A stretch of 64,000 nt of DNA from Gracilibacteraceae bacterium (GTDB lineage Bacteria; Bacillota; Desulfitobacteriia; Desulfitobacteriales; Syntrophobotulaceae), in NCBI GenBank assembly GCA_031270805.1, contig JAISWK010000089.1, positions 18,235-82,234 of the forward strand. The letters are read 5' to 3'. Below the pieces are notes generated by a model. That model did no database searches. It worked only from the letters and a program-made list of their open reading frames with translations, and was not told where the DNA came from. Made by a program: the position numbers and the translations under genes. Within the stretch, counting starts at the first letter, position 1. The number at the start of each line of letters is the position of its first letter. Positions 10,131 through 21,323 of this stretch are shown one piece after another.

Positions 10131-10442
10131 ATGATCAAAGAACTGAATCAGGCCGCCTACGAGGCTATGGATAAAAGCGTCCCCATGGCGTTAGAGTTTT
10201 TTTCCAAAAACTGCGGCCCCTGCAAAATGTTGAGTTATGTCCTGAAGGACGCCGACAAGCAAACCCCCGATTTTCCGATTTACCAGATCGACTTTAACGA
10301 GAATACTGAACTGAAAGAACGCTTAGGCGTCAAGGGTTTCCCGACGCTCCTTTTCTTCAGGGATGGGGTGGAAGTCGAACGCATGGAGGGGTTGAAGCAG
10401 AAACCGGCAATCATCAAGGCGATTGAGAGGCTGCAGGCGTAA
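10131..10442 (+). CDS. trxA: thioredoxin
   Basis: 103 aa with active site CGPC (FSKNCGPCKM) and the cis-Pro region GFPTLLFF. Confidence 0.88.
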   Translation: MIKELNQAAYEAMDKSVPMALEFFSKNCGPCKMLSYVLKDADKQTPDFPIYQIDFNENTELKERLGVKGFPTLLFFRDGVEVERMEGLKQKPAIIKAIERLQA

Positions 10443-10509
10443 GGCGCCGGAGCAACCCGTCCGCGCCGGCGTAAGCGCCTTCAGGAAAACAGAGGAGGTC
10501 GTTTTAATA

Positions 10510-11448
10510 ATGAGTTTATTGGAACAGCAGCTACAGGTTTTCAAAGAAGTGGCGGAGGTAAAAAACATTACGCTGGCCGCGAAAAAATTGCACATGAGTC
10601 AACCGAGTATCAGTATTCAAATCCAAAATCTGGAACAGGAATACGGCGCCAAATTCCTTGATCGCACGAATAAGGGCGTGACCCTGACCCAGGCCGGGGA
10701 AGTCTTTTACCAACACATATGTAAAGTTTTGGATATTATGGGCGAAGCTACCGGGAAGATCAAAGATCTGACCGAGGATCAGCGCGGACTCATCCATGTC
10801 GGCGCGACTCTGACCATAGGGGAATATGTCCTGCCCCATATATTGGAATATCTGAACGAAGTTCGCCCGGAAATCGACTTCCGGGCCAAAATCGCCAATA
10901 CGGAGATCATCGCCCAGGATGTTTTGGAGAAGCGCATACACATCGGCCTGGTTGAAGGGCCGGTACACGTGAATAAGGAGTTAATCGTCCAGGGCTTTTG
11001 GCAGGATGAATTGGTCGTCGTCACGCCTTACCACCACCCCTGGGCGAATCGCCCTAATATTGCCCTGGCCGAACTGGCGGGCGAGCGGATGATAACCCGG
11101 GAGCAAGGCTCCGGCACCCGCCGGGTTATGGAGCTGGCTCTGGAGGAGCGGGGGCTCGATCCGGGCCAGCTGAACGTGACGATGGAGTTGGGCAGCACCC
11201 AGGCTGTGAAGCAGGTGGTGGCCGCCGGTCTGGGAATCGCGATTATCTCAGCTTTAACCGTTACCCAGGAATGTAAACAGCATCAGTTGCGTATGATCAA
11301 AATCCGGGACTGTCAGCTTTCCCGCCCGTTAAGCGTTCTCACCCATGCCAAAACTTACCAGACTAAAGACGAGCGGTTCTTTATTAATTTTCTCCATGAC
11401 CGTACTCAGCTGGAATCGGTTTTGGGTTCGAGTTTACTGATCAATTAA
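10510..11448 (+). CDS. LysR-family transcriptional regulator
   Basis: Track ORF trimmed to the ATG giving MSLLEQQLQVFKEVAEVKNITLAAKKLHMSQPSISIQIQNLEQEYG (HTH) plus a LysR substrate domain. Confidence 0.85.
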   Translation: MSLLEQQLQVFKEVAEVKNITLAAKKLHMSQPSISIQIQNLEQEYGAKFLDRTNKGVTLTQAGEVFYQHICKVLDIMGEATGKIKDLTEDQRGLIHVGATLTIGEYVLPHILEYLNEVRPEIDFRAKIANTEIIAQDVLEKRIHIGLVEGPVHVNKELIVQGFWQDELVVVTPYHHPWANRPNIALAELAGERMITREQGSGTRRVMELALEERGLDPGQLNVTMELGSTQAVKQVVAAGLGIAIISALTVTQECKQHQLRMIKIRDCQLSRPLSVLTHAKTYQTKDERFFINFLHDRTQLESVLGSSLLIN

Positions 11449-11502
11449 ATTAATAATTAACTCTTTACTTCCGCCGCCCGGCCCTGTATAATATCCAATG
11501 AA

Positions 11503-11856
11503 GGGGGCGTTTCAGATTCGCTCGGGAGAGCGGCGGCAAACGCAGCGTGCCGAGATGCCGTCTGACCTCGTTAAACAGACGGAAAATTTTTAATTGCCAA
11601 TAACGAATACGCCTTAGCCGCGTAAAGCGGCTACATCCCGCCTTTGTTACCTGTGACGAAGGAGTTGGGGTGCAAAAAGATCAGGTTGCCCGAATTAGCT
11701 TCTGTTCGTAGCTACTAGGGGAGATCAATCGAACTGACTTTCGCTCTATCCTGCTTCCGGGAGCGGGCCGAAGTGAGAATAAAACGGAAGCTACGCACGT
11801 AGACGCGGTTGTGGCGGCCTTTCGATACAGGGGTGCAAGTCCCCTCGCCTCCGCCA
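11503..11856 (+). ncRNA. ssrA: tmRNA (transfer-messenger RNA)
   Basis: 5-prime GGGGGCG pairs with 3-prime CGCCUCC including a G3:U70 pair, and CCA is encoded. T-arm is AGGGG-UGCAAGU-CCCCU. Internal tag ORF at 11596..11625 is GCC AAT AAC GAA TAC GCC TTA GCC GCG TAA (ANNEYALAA-stop). A TATAAT box sits at 11487..11492. Confidence 0.92.
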
Positions 11857-11900
11857 CTCGGATCAAATGCGAAAAAATTTATTTGACCCGCTTTATTGCC

Positions 11901-11929
11901 TTGACATTTCACTTAACCCCTGCTACACT
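11901..11929 (+). promoter_or_regulatory. sigma-A-type promoter of the str operon (TTGACA-17-TACACT)
   Basis: ttgaca tttcacttaacccctgc tacact counted by hand, about 155 nt upstream of rpsL. Confidence 0.5.
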
Positions 11930-12084
11930 ATCTAAGTCTCTGAAAAAACCGACTGAAAGCCATAGATTTGCCGTCTCCCCCAGGCATTTTCGTTGAAGGC
12001 GCCTCGGGCGGGGATTTTGCGGCCTTCGGCCGTAAAACGGCGGTATGAAAACCAGCAGACGACATGCGGAAAGGAGGTGTAAAA

Positions 12085-12507
12085 TTGCCGACAATTAACC
12101 AATTACTGCGCAACGGCCGGGAAAAAGTGGTGGTCAAGTCCAATTCCCCCGCTTTGCAATGGGGATTTAATTCTCTCTCGCGCAAGCAATTCCCCTCCGG
12201 CGGCTCGCCGCAAAAGCGGGGTGTTTGCACAAGGGTATACACGACGACGCCCAAGAAACCGAACTCTGCTCTGCGCAAGGTCGCCCGCGTTCGCTTGAGC
12301 AACGGCATTGAGATTACCACCTACATCCCCGGCATTGGCCATAATCTGCAGGAACACAGCGTGGTTCTTGTGCGCGGCGGCCGGGTCAAAGACATACCCG
12401 GCGTGCGTTATCATATAGTACGCGGCGCTCAGGACACGACGGGAGTGCAGGGCAGGAATCAATCCCGCTCCAAGTATGGAACCAAGAGGGCCAAGAAGAA
12501 AAAATAA
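12085..12507 (+). CDS. rpsL: 30S ribosomal protein S12
   Basis: [14 protein letters not shown]..., [42 protein letters not shown] start 7 nt after AGGAGG. Confidence 0.95.
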   Translation: MPTINQLLRNGREKVVVKSNSPALQWGFNSLSRKQFPSGGSPQKRGVCTRVYTTTPKKPNSALRKVARVRLSNGIEITTYIPGIGHNLQEHSVVLVRGGRVKDIPGVRYHIVRGAQDTTGVQGRNQSRSKYGTKRAKKKK

Positions 12508-12537
12508 TATGTAACAAGGAACAAAGGAGGGAATCGC

Positions 12538-13008
12538 TTGCCGCGAAAAGGGTATATCGCCAAACGGGATATTTTGCCCGATCCGTTATTCAAGAACCGG
12601 ATCGTCACGAAGTTTATCAATCAGATCATGCTCGACGGCAAAAAGGGCGTGGCTGAGTCCATCTGTTACGGCGCCTTTGACTTGATCCGGCAGAAAACCG
12701 GCAAAGAACCGATTGAGGTTTTTGAAACGGCCTTGCGCAACGTCATGCCGGCGCTGGAAGTCAAGGGCCGCCGCGTCGGCGGCGCCAACTATCAGGTGCC
12801 GGTGGAAGTGCGGCCGGAGAGACGGCAGACATTGGCATTACGCTGGCTGGTCAGTTTTGCCCGCAAGCGCGGGGAAAAAACGATGCGGGAGCGCGTCGCC
12901 GGCGAACTGCTGGACGCCTCCAATAGCACAGGCGGCTCATTCAGGAAAAAAGAGGAAATGCACAAGATGGCTGAAGCCAACAGGGCTTTCGCTCATTATC
13001 GCTGGTAA
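12538..13008 (+). CDS. rpsG: 30S ribosomal protein S7
   Basis: [18 protein letters not shown]...[16 protein letters not shown]...AHYRW. TTG start after AAAGGAGGG. Confidence 0.95.
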   Translation: MPRKGYIAKRDILPDPLFKNRIVTKFINQIMLDGKKGVAESICYGAFDLIRQKTGKEPIEVFETALRNVMPALEVKGRRVGGANYQVPVEVRPERRQTLALRWLVSFARKRGEKTMRERVAGELLDASNSTGGSFRKKEEMHKMAEANRAFAHYRW

Positions 13009-13050
13009 AACAAAACGGAGCATCCAGAACGAGAGAAAGGCAGAATTTCA

Positions 13051-15126
13051 GTGACCAGGCAGGTTTCATTGGCCAAAGTCCGCAACATTGGCATTATGGC
13101 GCATATTGACGCCGGAAAAACAACGACGACGGAGCGTATTCTATTTTACACCGGCCGGGTGCATAAACCCGGTGAGGTTCACGATGGCGTGGCTACGATG
13201 GACTGGATGGATCAGGAGCGGGAGCGGGGCATTACTATTACTTCCGCCGCCACGACATGTCAATGGCGCGAGCATTCCGTCAACATCATTGACACGCCCG
13301 GGCACGTTGACTTTACCGCCGAGGTCGTCCGTTCGCTGCGGGTGCTGGACGGGGCGGTGGCCGTCTTCTGTTCCGTCGGCGGCGTAGAGCCCCAATCGGA
13401 AACCGTGTGGCGGCAGGCCGACAAATTCGGCGTTCCCCGCATCGCTTACATTAACAAAATGGACAGGGTCGGGGCTGACTTTTTCCGCGGCGTCGCCATG
13501 ATCGCCGAGCGCCTCGGCGCCAATCCCGTCCCATTGCAGCTGCCAATCGGCACGGAGGAAAATTTTAAGGGAATCGTCGACTTGGTGATGATGAAGGCGC
13601 TGATTTATACGGACGATCTCGGCACAACCAGCGAATTGACGGATATCCCGGCCGATATGGCGGCCCAAGCGGAGGAATACCGGGAAAAACTGATCGAGCA
13701 AGCGGTGGAAGAGGACGAGGCGCTGATGGAAAAATACCTCGAAGGCGAAGCGCTGACCGAGGCGGAAATCCGCAGCGGCATCCGCAAATCCACCCTGCGG
13801 AACAAATTTATCCCCGTCCTTTGCGGGTCTTCATTCAAGAACAAGGGCGTGCAGCCGCTCTTGGACGCGGTCGTCGATTACTTGCCTTCGCCGCTCGACA
13901 TACCGGCGATGATCGGCGAAGATCCGGATCGGGATAACGAGACAGTCCGTCATCCCAGCGACGAGGAACCATTTGCCGCGCTGGCCTTCAAAATAATGGC
14001 CGACCCCTACGTAGGCAAACTGACCTTCTTCCGCGTTTACTCCGGCGTTCTGCCGGCGGGTTCCTACATTTACAACTCGACCAAGGGCCGGCGGGAGCGG
14101 ATCGGGCGGATCCTGCGCATGCACGCGGACAAACGCGAGGACATGGCGGAGATTCGAGCCGGCGACATCGGCGCGGCGGTAGGGATGAAAGAGGTCAGTA
14201 CGGGGGACTCCCTCTGCGACGAAAAAAACAAGATCATTCTCGAATCGATTTCTTTCCCGGAACCGGTCATCGACGTGGCCATTGAACCAAAGACCAAGGC
14301 CGACCAGGAAAAAATGGGCGAAGCCCTGGCCAAGCTTGCGGAAGAAGACCCGACTTTCAAAATGCACACGGCCGAGGAGACCGGCCAGACCATTATTGCC
14401 GGCATGGGTGAGTTGCACCTGGAAATCATCGTCGATCGCCTGCAAAACGACTTCAAGGTCGGCTGCAATGTCGGGCGGCCGCAGGTGGCTTACCGGGAGA
14501 CGATCCGGCGTCCGGCCAAGGCCGAGGGCCGCTTTGTGCGCCAGTCGGGCGGTCACGGGCAGTACGGCCACTGCTGGATTGAGCTGGAACCGCTGCCCCC
14601 GGGCGAGGGTTTTGTTTTTGAGAGCAAGATCGTCGGCGGGGTTATTCCGCGGGAATATATCAACCCGATCGAGGCCGGAATCAAAGAAGCGATGCAGGGC
14701 GGCGTCACGGCCGGCTATCCCGTTGTGGACGTGAAAGCGACCGTCTACGACGGCTCGTACCACGAGGTGGACTCGTCGGAGATGGCTTTCAAAATCGCCG
14801 CTTCCATGGCTTTTAAGACCGCAGTGGCCCAGGCGCACGGGGTTTTGCTCGAACCGGTCATGAAGGTGGAGGTCACGGTTCCGGAAGAATACATGGGCGA
14901 CGTCATCGGTGATTTGAATTCCCGTCGCGGCCGAATTGAGGGCATGGAAGCTCATAGCGGCGCGCACACGATCCAGGCGGCCGTGCCGCTGGCGGAAATG
15001 TTCGGGTACGCTACGGAATTGCGCTCCCGCACACAGGGCCGCGGCAATTATGATATGCACTTTGAACGCTATGAGGAAATACCGAAAAATATCGCGGAAG
15101 GCATCATCACCAAGAGGCGGGGCTGA
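13051..15126 (+). CDS. fusA: elongation factor G
   Basis: 691 aa with GTPase motifs [17 protein letters not shown] and NKMD. Confidence 0.96.
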   Translation: MTRQVSLAKVRNIGIMAHIDAGKTTTTERILFYTGRVHKPGEVHDGVATMDWMDQERERGITITSAATTCQWREHSVNIIDTPGHVDFTAEVVRSLRVLDGAVAVFCSVGGVEPQSETVWRQADKFGVPRIAYINKMDRVGADFFRGVAMIAERLGANPVPLQLPIGTEENFKGIVDLVMMKALIYTDDLGTTSELTDIPADMAAQAEEYREKLIEQAVEEDEALMEKYLEGEALTEAEIRSGIRKSTLRNKFIPVLCGSSFKNKGVQPLLDAVVDYLPSPLDIPAMIGEDPDRDNETVRHPSDEEPFAALAFKIMADPYVGKLTFFRVYSGVLPAGSYIYNSTKGRRERIGRILRMHADKREDMAEIRAGDIGAAVGMKEVSTGDSLCDEKNKIILESISFPEPVIDVAIEPKTKADQEKMGEALAKLAEEDPTFKMHTAEETGQTIIAGMGELHLEIIVDRLQNDFKVGCNVGRPQVAYRETIRRPAKAEGRFVRQSGGHGQYGHCWIELEPLPPGEGFVFESKIVGGVIPREYINPIEAGIKEAMQGGVTAGYPVVDVKATVYDGSYHEVDSSEMAFKIAASMAFKTAVAQAHGVLLEPVMKVEVTVPEEYMGDVIGDLNSRRGRIEGMEAHSGAHTIQAAVPLAEMFGYATELRSRTQGRGNYDMHFERYEEIPKNIAEGIITKRRG

Positions 15127-15202
15127 AGGCCCGGCGCCCCGGCGGCCGGATTGTCATTAAGACAGGTTGTTCCATTGTAATTAAAATAAGGAGTGAAAGA
15201 AA

Positions 15203-16405
15203 ATGGGAAAACAAAAATTTGAGCGCACGAAACCGCATGTAAACGTCGGCACAATCGGTCATATTGACCACGGCAAGACGACGACGACGGCCGCCATTAC
15301 CTATTGCCTGGCCAAGACAGGCGGCGCGGTCGCCACGGCTTTTGATCAGATCGACAAAGCCCCGGAAGAAAAAGCGCGCGGGATCACCATCTCCACCGCC
15401 CATGTGGAATACGAGACGGAAAAACGTCATTACGCGCATGTGGACTGCCCCGGCCACGCCGACTACGTGAAAAACATGATCACCGGCGCGGCGCAGATGG
15501 ACGGCGCGATTCTCGTTGTTTCCGCCGCCGACGGCCCGATGCCCCAGACCCGCGAGCATATTCTCCTGGCGCGGCAGGTCGGCGTGCCCTACATTGTGGT
15601 CTGGATGAACAAGGTGGACATGGTGGACGATCCGGATTTGCTGGAACTCGTTGAGGTGGAAGTGCGCGAGCTGCTGACTGAGTACGAATTTCCCGGTGAT
15701 GATATTCCGGTCGTGCCCGGTTCCGGCCTCAAGGCCCTGGAATGCGGCTGCGGCTCCCGGGAATGCGAATGGTGCGGGAAAATATGGAATCTGATGGATG
15801 CCGTCGACGACTATATTCCGCAGCCGGAACGTGACGTGGACAAACCTTTCCTTATGTCAATTGAGGATTCCATGACCATTACCGGCCGCGGGACGGTGTG
15901 TACCGGCCGGATCGACCGCGGGACGGTCAAGGTCGGCGACGAGGTGGAGCTGGTCGGTTTGCGGGAGGAATCGCGCAAGGTCGTTTGCACGGGTGTGGAA
16001 ATGTTCCGCAAACAGCTGGATGTCGGTATGGCCGGCGACAATATCGGCGCCCTGCTCCGCGGTATAGACAGAAAAGAGGTCGAACGCGGTATGGTGCTGG
16101 CCAAACCAGGCAGCATCAAACCGCATACCAAATTTATCGGTGAAGTATATGTTCTGAGCAAGGACGAAGGCGGACGCCATACCCCGTTCTTCAACAATTA
16201 TCGCCCCCAGTTTTATTTTCGCACCACCGACGTGACCGGAGTGATTAAATTGCCGGAAGGTACGGAGATGGTCATGCCGGGCGATAACACGACAATCGAG
16301 TGCGAACTCATCACCCCCATCGCGATGGAAGAAGGATTGCGCTTCGCTATTCGCGAAGGCGGGCGCACGGTCGGCTCCGGCGTCGTAGCCAAGGTAATAG
16401 AGTAA
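15203..16405 (+). CDS. tuf: elongation factor Tu (carries an extra Cys4 segment)
   Basis: [21 protein letters not shown]. 400 aa. See finding on [13 protein letters not shown]. Confidence 0.97.
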   Translation: MGKQKFERTKPHVNVGTIGHIDHGKTTTTAAITYCLAKTGGAVATAFDQIDKAPEEKARGITISTAHVEYETEKRHYAHVDCPGHADYVKNMITGAAQMDGAILVVSAADGPMPQTREHILLARQVGVPYIVVWMNKVDMVDDPDLLELVEVEVRELLTEYEFPGDDIPVVPGSGLKALECGCGSRECEWCGKIWNLMDAVDDYIPQPERDVDKPFLMSIEDSMTITGRGTVCTGRIDRGTVKVGDEVELVGLREESRKVVCTGVEMFRKQLDVGMAGDNIGALLRGIDRKEVERGMVLAKPGSIKPHTKFIGEVYVLSKDEGGRHTPFFNNYRPQFYFRTTDVTGVIKLPEGTEMVMPGDNTTIECELITPIAMEEGLRFAIREGGRTVGSGVVAKVIE

Positions 16406-16413
16406 TAACGGAA

Positions 16414-16456
16414 GCGACGGCGGCGGGAGTAAGCTCCCGTCGGCCGCCGCTGTTTT
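16414..16456 (+). terminator. GC-rich hairpin plus short U-tract after tuf (terminator or S10-operon leader attenuator)
   Basis: gcgacggcggcgggag-taag-ctcccgtcggccgccgc followed by tgttttc; pairing checked by hand (two bulges). Confidence 0.45.
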
Positions 16457-16477
16457 CATATAAGGAATGAGGATGGT

Positions 16478-16786
16478 ATGAGTCAAAATCAGAAGATACG
16501 AATCCGCTTGAAAGCGTACGACCATAAAGCGCTTGATCAATCGGCGGAGCGCATCATTGATACAGCCCGCCGGACGGGCGCCGCTTTCAACGGCCCGATC
16601 CCCCTGCCGACGGAAAAAAGCGTTTACACAATCCTGCGTTCGCCTCACGTCAACAAGGACTCGCGCGAGCAATTCGAGATGAGAACCCACAAACGGCTGA
16701 TTATCATCGACCCTACGCCTAAAACAGTAGAAGCGTTGCTGCGCCTTGATTTGCCGTCCGGAGTGGAAATTGAGATAAAATTATAA
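16478..16786 (+). CDS. rpsJ: 30S ribosomal protein S10
   Basis: [17 protein letters not shown]...[23 protein letters not shown]. Confidence 0.95.
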   Translation: MSQNQKIRIRLKAYDHKALDQSAERIIDTARRTGAAFNGPIPLPTEKSVYTILRSPHVNKDSREQFEMRTHKRLIIIDPTPKTVEALLRLDLPSGVEIEIKL

Positions 16787-16856
16787 TAAAATTATAAATT
16801 TTACAACGTTCTTGTACAGTCGGATCTGTACTGCAGAGCGTTCAGGAGGTGGCGTC

Positions 16857-17486
16857 ATGTCAAAAGGAATTCTGGGCCGTAAGGTGGGAATGACACAGAT
16901 CTTCACGGCAGACGGACGGATTTTGCCGGTCACGGCAATCCAGGCCGGGCCCTGTGTCGTCTTGCAGCGCAAAACCATTGCCACGGACGGCTATAACGCC
17001 GTGCGGGTCGGTTTCGAGGAATTGCGCCCCAACTTGCTCTCGAAACCCTTACTGGGGCAATTCACCAAGGCCAAGATCAAACCGCTGCGTTTTGTGCGGG
17101 AGTTTCGCGCGGAAAACGCCGAATCTTATACGATCGGGCAGGAGATTAAGGCGGATATTTTTGCCGTCGGGGATAAGGTGGATGTGACAGGGACATCCAA
17201 GGGCAAAGGCTTCAGCGGGATGCACCAGCGGCATGGCGGCCGCCGCGGCCCGATGGGGCATGGTTCCAAATACCATCACCGCACAGGTTCGATGGGAGCG
17301 AAAGGACCTGCCCGTGTATTCAAGGGAAGAAAATTGCCCGGGCGCAAGGGCGGGGAGCGCGTTACGGTGCAAAACCTTGAGGTCGTCCGCGTGGATGCGG
17401 ATAACAACCTGCTTTTGCTCAAGGGGCCCGTGCCCGGAGCGAAAAAGAGTCTGCTCATTATTAGAACATCGGTTAAAACCGTTTGA
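16857..17486 (+). CDS. rplC: 50S ribosomal protein L3
   Basis: ATG after AGGAGG gives [16 protein letters not shown]...; the track ORF starts further upstream. Confidence 0.93.
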   Translation: MSKGILGRKVGMTQIFTADGRILPVTAIQAGPCVVLQRKTIATDGYNAVRVGFEELRPNLLSKPLLGQFTKAKIKPLRFVREFRAENAESYTIGQEIKADIFAVGDKVDVTGTSKGKGFSGMHQRHGGRRGPMGHGSKYHHRTGSMGAKGPARVFKGRKLPGRKGGERVTVQNLEVVRVDADNNLLLLKGPVPGAKKSLLIIRTSVKTV

Positions 17487-17515
17487 ATCAATCCGGAAGA
17501 AAGGGGGAAATCGCT

Positions 17516-18145
17516 ATGCCTAAGGTACAGGTTGTGAACATAGCCGGCGAACCGGTGGAAGAAATTGAAATCAGTGCAGAAATTTTTGGCGTCGAGCCAA
17601 ATACGGTCGTTATGCATACTGCGGCGGAGGCCCAGCGCGCCAACGCGCGCCAGGGCACTCATTCCACGCTCGGACGCAGCGAAGTGCGCGGCGGCGGCCG
17701 CAAACCCTGGCGGCAAAAAGGCACGGGCCGCGCCCGCGCCGGTACGTCCCGTTCGCCGCTCTGGCGCGGGGGCGGGGTTATCTTCGGCCCCAAACCGCGC
17801 AGCTATCGTAAAGCCCTGCCCCGGAAAGTGAAGCGGCTGGCGCTTTGCTCGGCGCTCTCCGGTAAACTGCGCGAAGGCAACTGCATTATTGTTGATAAAC
17901 TCACCTTTGAGACCCCGCGGACGAAAGATATGCTCCAGGTACTCGGCGCCTTGGGCGTCACGGTGAAAGCCCTGCTCGTGCTGGACGGGAGAGCGGATAA
18001 TGTCCGCCTTTCCGCGCGCAACCTGCCCGCTGTCGGAACCGTTCGCGCCGAAAGCTTGAATATTCTCGACGTGCTGAAACACGACGTCCTTATTTTTACC
18101 AAAGACGCTATCGTCCGGACTGAGGAGGTGCTTGGCAATGCGTGA
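17516..18145 (+). CDS. rplD: 50S ribosomal protein L4
   Basis: [20 protein letters not shown]...[32 protein letters not shown] after AGGGGGA. Confidence 0.93.
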   Translation: MPKVQVVNIAGEPVEEIEISAEIFGVEPNTVVMHTAAEAQRANARQGTHSTLGRSEVRGGGRKPWRQKGTGRARAGTSRSPLWRGGGVIFGPKPRSYRKALPRKVKRLALCSALSGKLREGNCIIVDKLTFETPRTKDMLQVLGALGVTVKALLVLDGRADNVRLSARNLPAVGTVRAESLNILDVLKHDVLIFTKDAIVRTEEVLGNA

Positions 18146-18425
18146 CGCGCGTGATGTTTTGATACGCCCCGTCATTTCGGAGAAATCCGTCGGGTTGCTG
18201 GAGCAAAACAAATACAGTTTCTGGGTGGAGCCCGCCGCCAATAAAATTGAAATTAAACACGCCGTGGAAAAAATGTTTAAGGTCAGCGTTATTGAAGTGC
18301 GGACGCTGAATGTGAAAGGCAAGTTGAAAAAAGTGGGCCGTTCGGCCGGAATGACCTCGGCGCGGAAAAAAGCCGTCGTCACGCTGCTTGAGGGGCATAA
18401 AATAGAAGGATTTGCCGGATTATAA
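18138..18425 (+). CDS. rplW: 50S ribosomal protein L23
   Basis: [17 protein letters not shown]...FWVEPAANKIEIKHAVEKMF. Overlaps the rplD stop. Confidence 0.92.
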   Translation: MRDARDVLIRPVISEKSVGLLEQNKYSFWVEPAANKIEIKHAVEKMFKVSVIEVRTLNVKGKLKKVGRSAGMTSARKKAVVTLLEGHKIEGFAGL

Positions 18426-18449
18426 TACAGCCGGCTAGGAGGGAAGAAC

Positions 18450-19277
18450 ATGCCGATCAGAAAATTCAAGCCGACTTCGCCCGGACGCAGGCAAATGACG
18501 GTCTTGACCTATGAGGAAATCACGCGAACCGAGCCGGAGCGTTCGCTGCTCCGCCCGCTAACGAGCAAGGGCGGCCGCAACAACCTGGGCAAACTGACGG
18601 TGCGGCACAAGGGCGGCGGCCATAAGCGCCGCTATCGCCTGATCGACTTTCGCCGGAATAAAGAAGGCGTTCCGGCCAAGGTCGCGAGCATCGAATACGA
18701 CCCGAACCGCAGCGCGAATATTGCCCTGCTCCATTACGCCGACGGGCAGAAAGCGTATATTATCGCCCCGCACGGGCTGAAAGTCGGGCAGGTAATCGTG
18801 AGCGGCCCGGACGCCGATATCAAGGTGGGCAACACGTTGCCGCTGAAAAATATTCCCGTCGGTACGCTTGTGCACAATATTGAGATGAAACCGGGCAAAG
18901 GCGGCCAGCTGGTGCGCAGTGCCGGCGGCTCGGCCCAACTCATGGCCAAGGAGGGGCGCTACGCCACTTTGCGTCTGCCCTCGGGGGAAATGCGCCTGAT
19001 TTTCAGCGAATGTCGCGCCACCATCGGCCAGGTCGGCAACTTGGACTATGAAAACGTCACGATCGGCAAAGCCGGGCGTAATCGCTGGCTGGGCAAAAGG
19101 CCGACTGTGCGGGGCGCCGTCATGAATCCTTGCGACCATCCGCACGGCGGCGGCGAAGGGCGCAACCCTATTGGGCGCAACCCGTGTACGCCCTGGGGTA
19201 AGCCGGCTTTGGGCGCCAAGACCCGGAAGAAAAAGAACCGCAGCGATAAATTTATCATAAAACGCAGAGGCAAATAA
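18450..19277 (+). CDS. rplB: 50S ribosomal protein L2
   Basis: 275 aa with [22 protein letters not shown] and [10 protein letters not shown]. Confidence 0.96.
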   Translation: MPIRKFKPTSPGRRQMTVLTYEEITRTEPERSLLRPLTSKGGRNNLGKLTVRHKGGGHKRRYRLIDFRRNKEGVPAKVASIEYDPNRSANIALLHYADGQKAYIIAPHGLKVGQVIVSGPDADIKVGNTLPLKNIPVGTLVHNIEMKPGKGGQLVRSAGGSAQLMAKEGRYATLRLPSGEMRLIFSECRATIGQVGNLDYENVTIGKAGRNRWLGKRPTVRGAVMNPCDHPHGGGEGRNPIGRNPCTPWGKPALGAKTRKKKNRSDKFIIKRRGK

Positions 19278-19295
19278 ACGAAAGGAGACCTCAGA

Positions 19296-19577
19296 ATGGG
19301 CAGATCCGTAAAGAAAGGTCCGTATGTGGACGAACGGCTCCTGGGCCGGGTGGAACAGATGAACCGGAGCGGCAGCAAACAGGTGCTGAAAACCTGGTCG
19401 AGGCGCTCCACGATATTTCCGCAGATGATTGGCCACACCTTCGCCATCCATGACGGCCGCAAACACGTTCCCGTATATGTCACCGAGGATATGGTCGGGC
19501 ATAAGCTGGGGGAGTTCGTCCCGACCAGAACATTCCGGGGTCATGCCGGCAGCGAAAAATCCAGCGGTCTGCGCTGA
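19296..19577 (+). CDS. rpsS: 30S ribosomal protein S19
   Basis: [16 protein letters not shown]...[29 protein letters not shown]. Confidence 0.95.
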   Translation: MGRSVKKGPYVDERLLGRVEQMNRSGSKQVLKTWSRRSTIFPQMIGHTFAIHDGRKHVPVYVTEDMVGHKLGEFVPTRTFRGHAGSEKSSGLR

Positions 19578-19593
19578 GGGGGAGTGTTTAAAT

Positions 19594-19938
19594 ATGGAAG
19601 CAAAAGCGGTCGCCAGAAATATACGTGTTTCACCGCGCAAAGCGCGCCTGGTCGTCGATTTGATCCGCGGGAAAAAAGTGGACGAAGCGGAAGCTATCCT
19701 GCGTTTCGTGCCCGGGACGGCGAAAGAACCGGTGCGTAAGGCACTCAAATCGGCGGTGGCTAACGCCGAACACAACCTTGACCTGGAACCCGGCAGCCTG
19801 TACGTTACGCGCATATTCGTCGACCAGGGTCCCACGATGAAGCGCATTCAACCGCGGGCCCGGGGCCGCGCAGACAGAATCCGCAAACGCATGAGCCATA
19901 TTACGGTTATCGTCGGCGACAGAAAAGGGGAGGTATAA
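19594..19938 (+). CDS. rplV: 50S ribosomal protein L22
   Basis: Internal ATG gives [29 protein letters not shown]... Confidence 0.93.
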   Translation: MEAKAVARNIRVSPRKARLVVDLIRGKKVDEAEAILRFVPGTAKEPVRKALKSAVANAEHNLDLEPGSLYVTRIFVDQGPTMKRIQPRARGRADRIRKRMSHITVIVGDRKGEV

Positions 19939-19946
19939 ATCAGTCT

Positions 19947-20627
19947 ATGGGCCAAAAAGTAAACCCGCACGGGTTGCGCGTAGGCATTATCCGTAACTGG
20001 GAAGGGCGCTGGTACGCCGATCGTAATTACGGAGAACTGCTGCACGAAGATATCAAAATCCGTAAGTTTATCATGAAGAGATTGAGTTCGGCCGGCGTTC
20101 CGCGGGTCGAGATTGAGCGGGTCGCCACTACCAATACCTCCGGGGCCAATCCGGTCAAGATTTTTGTCCACGCCGCCAAGCCGGGTATTGTCATCGGTCG
20201 GGGCGGAGCGGGGGTTGATCTGCTGACCAAAGAGCTCGAGGCTCTCATCGGCAAGAAAGTTAATATCAATATTCTCGAAATCAAACGCTTGGAACTGGAC
20301 GCCAGCCTCGTGGCCGACAGCGTGGCCCAGCAATTGGAAAAACGGATCGCTTTTCGCCGGGCGATGAAGCAGACCGTCGGGCGCACCATGCGTTCCGGTG
20401 CCCAGGGGATTAAGATTTCCTGCAGCGGGCGGCTGGGCGGCGCCGAGATCGCGCGCACGGAGTGGTATAACGAGGGCAAGGTGCCGCTGCATACTTTGCG
20501 GGCCGATATCGATTACGGTTTTGCCGAGGCCAATACCACTTACGGCAAGATCGGCGTCAAAGTGTGGATTTACAAAGGAGAGATTCTTCCGCCCAAAAAA
20601 GGCGGTAAGGCGGAAGGAGGGGTATAA
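19947..20627 (+). CDS. rpsC: 30S ribosomal protein S3
   Basis: [24 protein letters not shown]... with a KH domain. TAATG overlap with rplP. Confidence 0.95.
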   Translation: MGQKVNPHGLRVGIIRNWEGRWYADRNYGELLHEDIKIRKFIMKRLSSAGVPRVEIERVATTNTSGANPVKIFVHAAKPGIVIGRGGAGVDLLTKELEALIGKKVNINILEIKRLELDASLVADSVAQQLEKRIAFRRAMKQTVGRTMRSGAQGIKISCSGRLGGAEIARTEWYNEGKVPLHTLRADIDYGFAEANTTYGKIGVKVWIYKGEILPPKKGGKAEGGV

Positions 20628-21112
20628 TGCTGATACCAACGAGGGTAAAGCGCCGCAAGCAGCATAAACCCAGACTTAACGGGCGGGCGGCCCGGGGCAA
20701 TAAAGTCGTTTATGGCGAGTATGGGCTTATGTCGCTGGAAGCGGCCTGGGTTACGAACAGGCAGATCGAGGCGGCCCGTGTCGCCATGACGCGTTATATC
20801 AAGCGCGGCGGAAAAGTGTGGATTAACATTTTCCCGGATCGGCCGATCACGGCCAAGCCGGCGGAAACGCGCATGGGCAGCGGCAAAGGTTCGCCGGAAT
20901 ACTGGGTGGCCGCCGTCAAACCCGATCGCGTCATGTTTGAACTGGCGGGCGTATCGGAGGAAACGGCCCGTGAAGCTTTGCGCCTGGCGGCCCACAAGCT
21001 GCCGGTCAAGTGCAAATTTGTCCTGCGGGCTGACCAGGAGGGCGAGGCAGGCAGGACGGAAGCGGCCGGCGGGACGGAAGAGCCTGGAGGTGGCGACAAT
21101 GGCGAAGGATAA
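20627..21112 (+). CDS. rplP: 50S ribosomal protein L16 (with acidic/Gly-rich C-terminal extension)
   Basis: [21 protein letters not shown]...[16 protein letters not shown]. 161 aa. Confidence 0.93.
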   Translation: MLIPTRVKRRKQHKPRLNGRAARGNKVVYGEYGLMSLEAAWVTNRQIEAARVAMTRYIKRGGKVWINIFPDRPITAKPAETRMGSGKGSPEYWVAAVKPDRVMFELAGVSEETAREALRLAAHKLPVKCKFVLRADQEGEAGRTEAAGGTEEPGGGDNGEG

Positions 21113-21299
21113 AAAAATTCACGATATGACGGATGAAGAAGTGCTAAAGCAGATTGACCAGCTGAAAACAGAATTATTTAACCTGCGTTTCCAGTTAGCT
21201 ACGGGGCAGCTTGACAATCCGATGCGCATCAGGCAGGTGCGCAAAGACATCGCGCGGGGGTGGACCGTATTGCGCGAGCGCGAGTTGAAGCGCGCCTGA
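21099..21299 (+). CDS. rpmC: 50S ribosomal protein L29
   Basis: ATG after GGAGG gives [41 protein letters not shown]. Overlaps the rplP tail by 14 nt. Confidence 0.9.
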   Translation: MAKDKKIHDMTDEEVLKQIDQLKTELFNLRFQLATGQLDNPMRIRQVRKDIARGWTVLRERELKRA

Positions 21300-21323
21300 G
21301 CGGGAAAAGGAGGGAAGCCTGTT

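Noticed and set aside
13831-19847. Long antisense ORFs inside fusA and the S10 operon (13831..15060, 17276..18469, 18558..19847, also 26849..28279 opposite adk/map)
   Set aside because: They lie opposite universally conserved genes that are read unambiguously on the plus strand. Their translations are Arg/Gly/Ala-rich noise.
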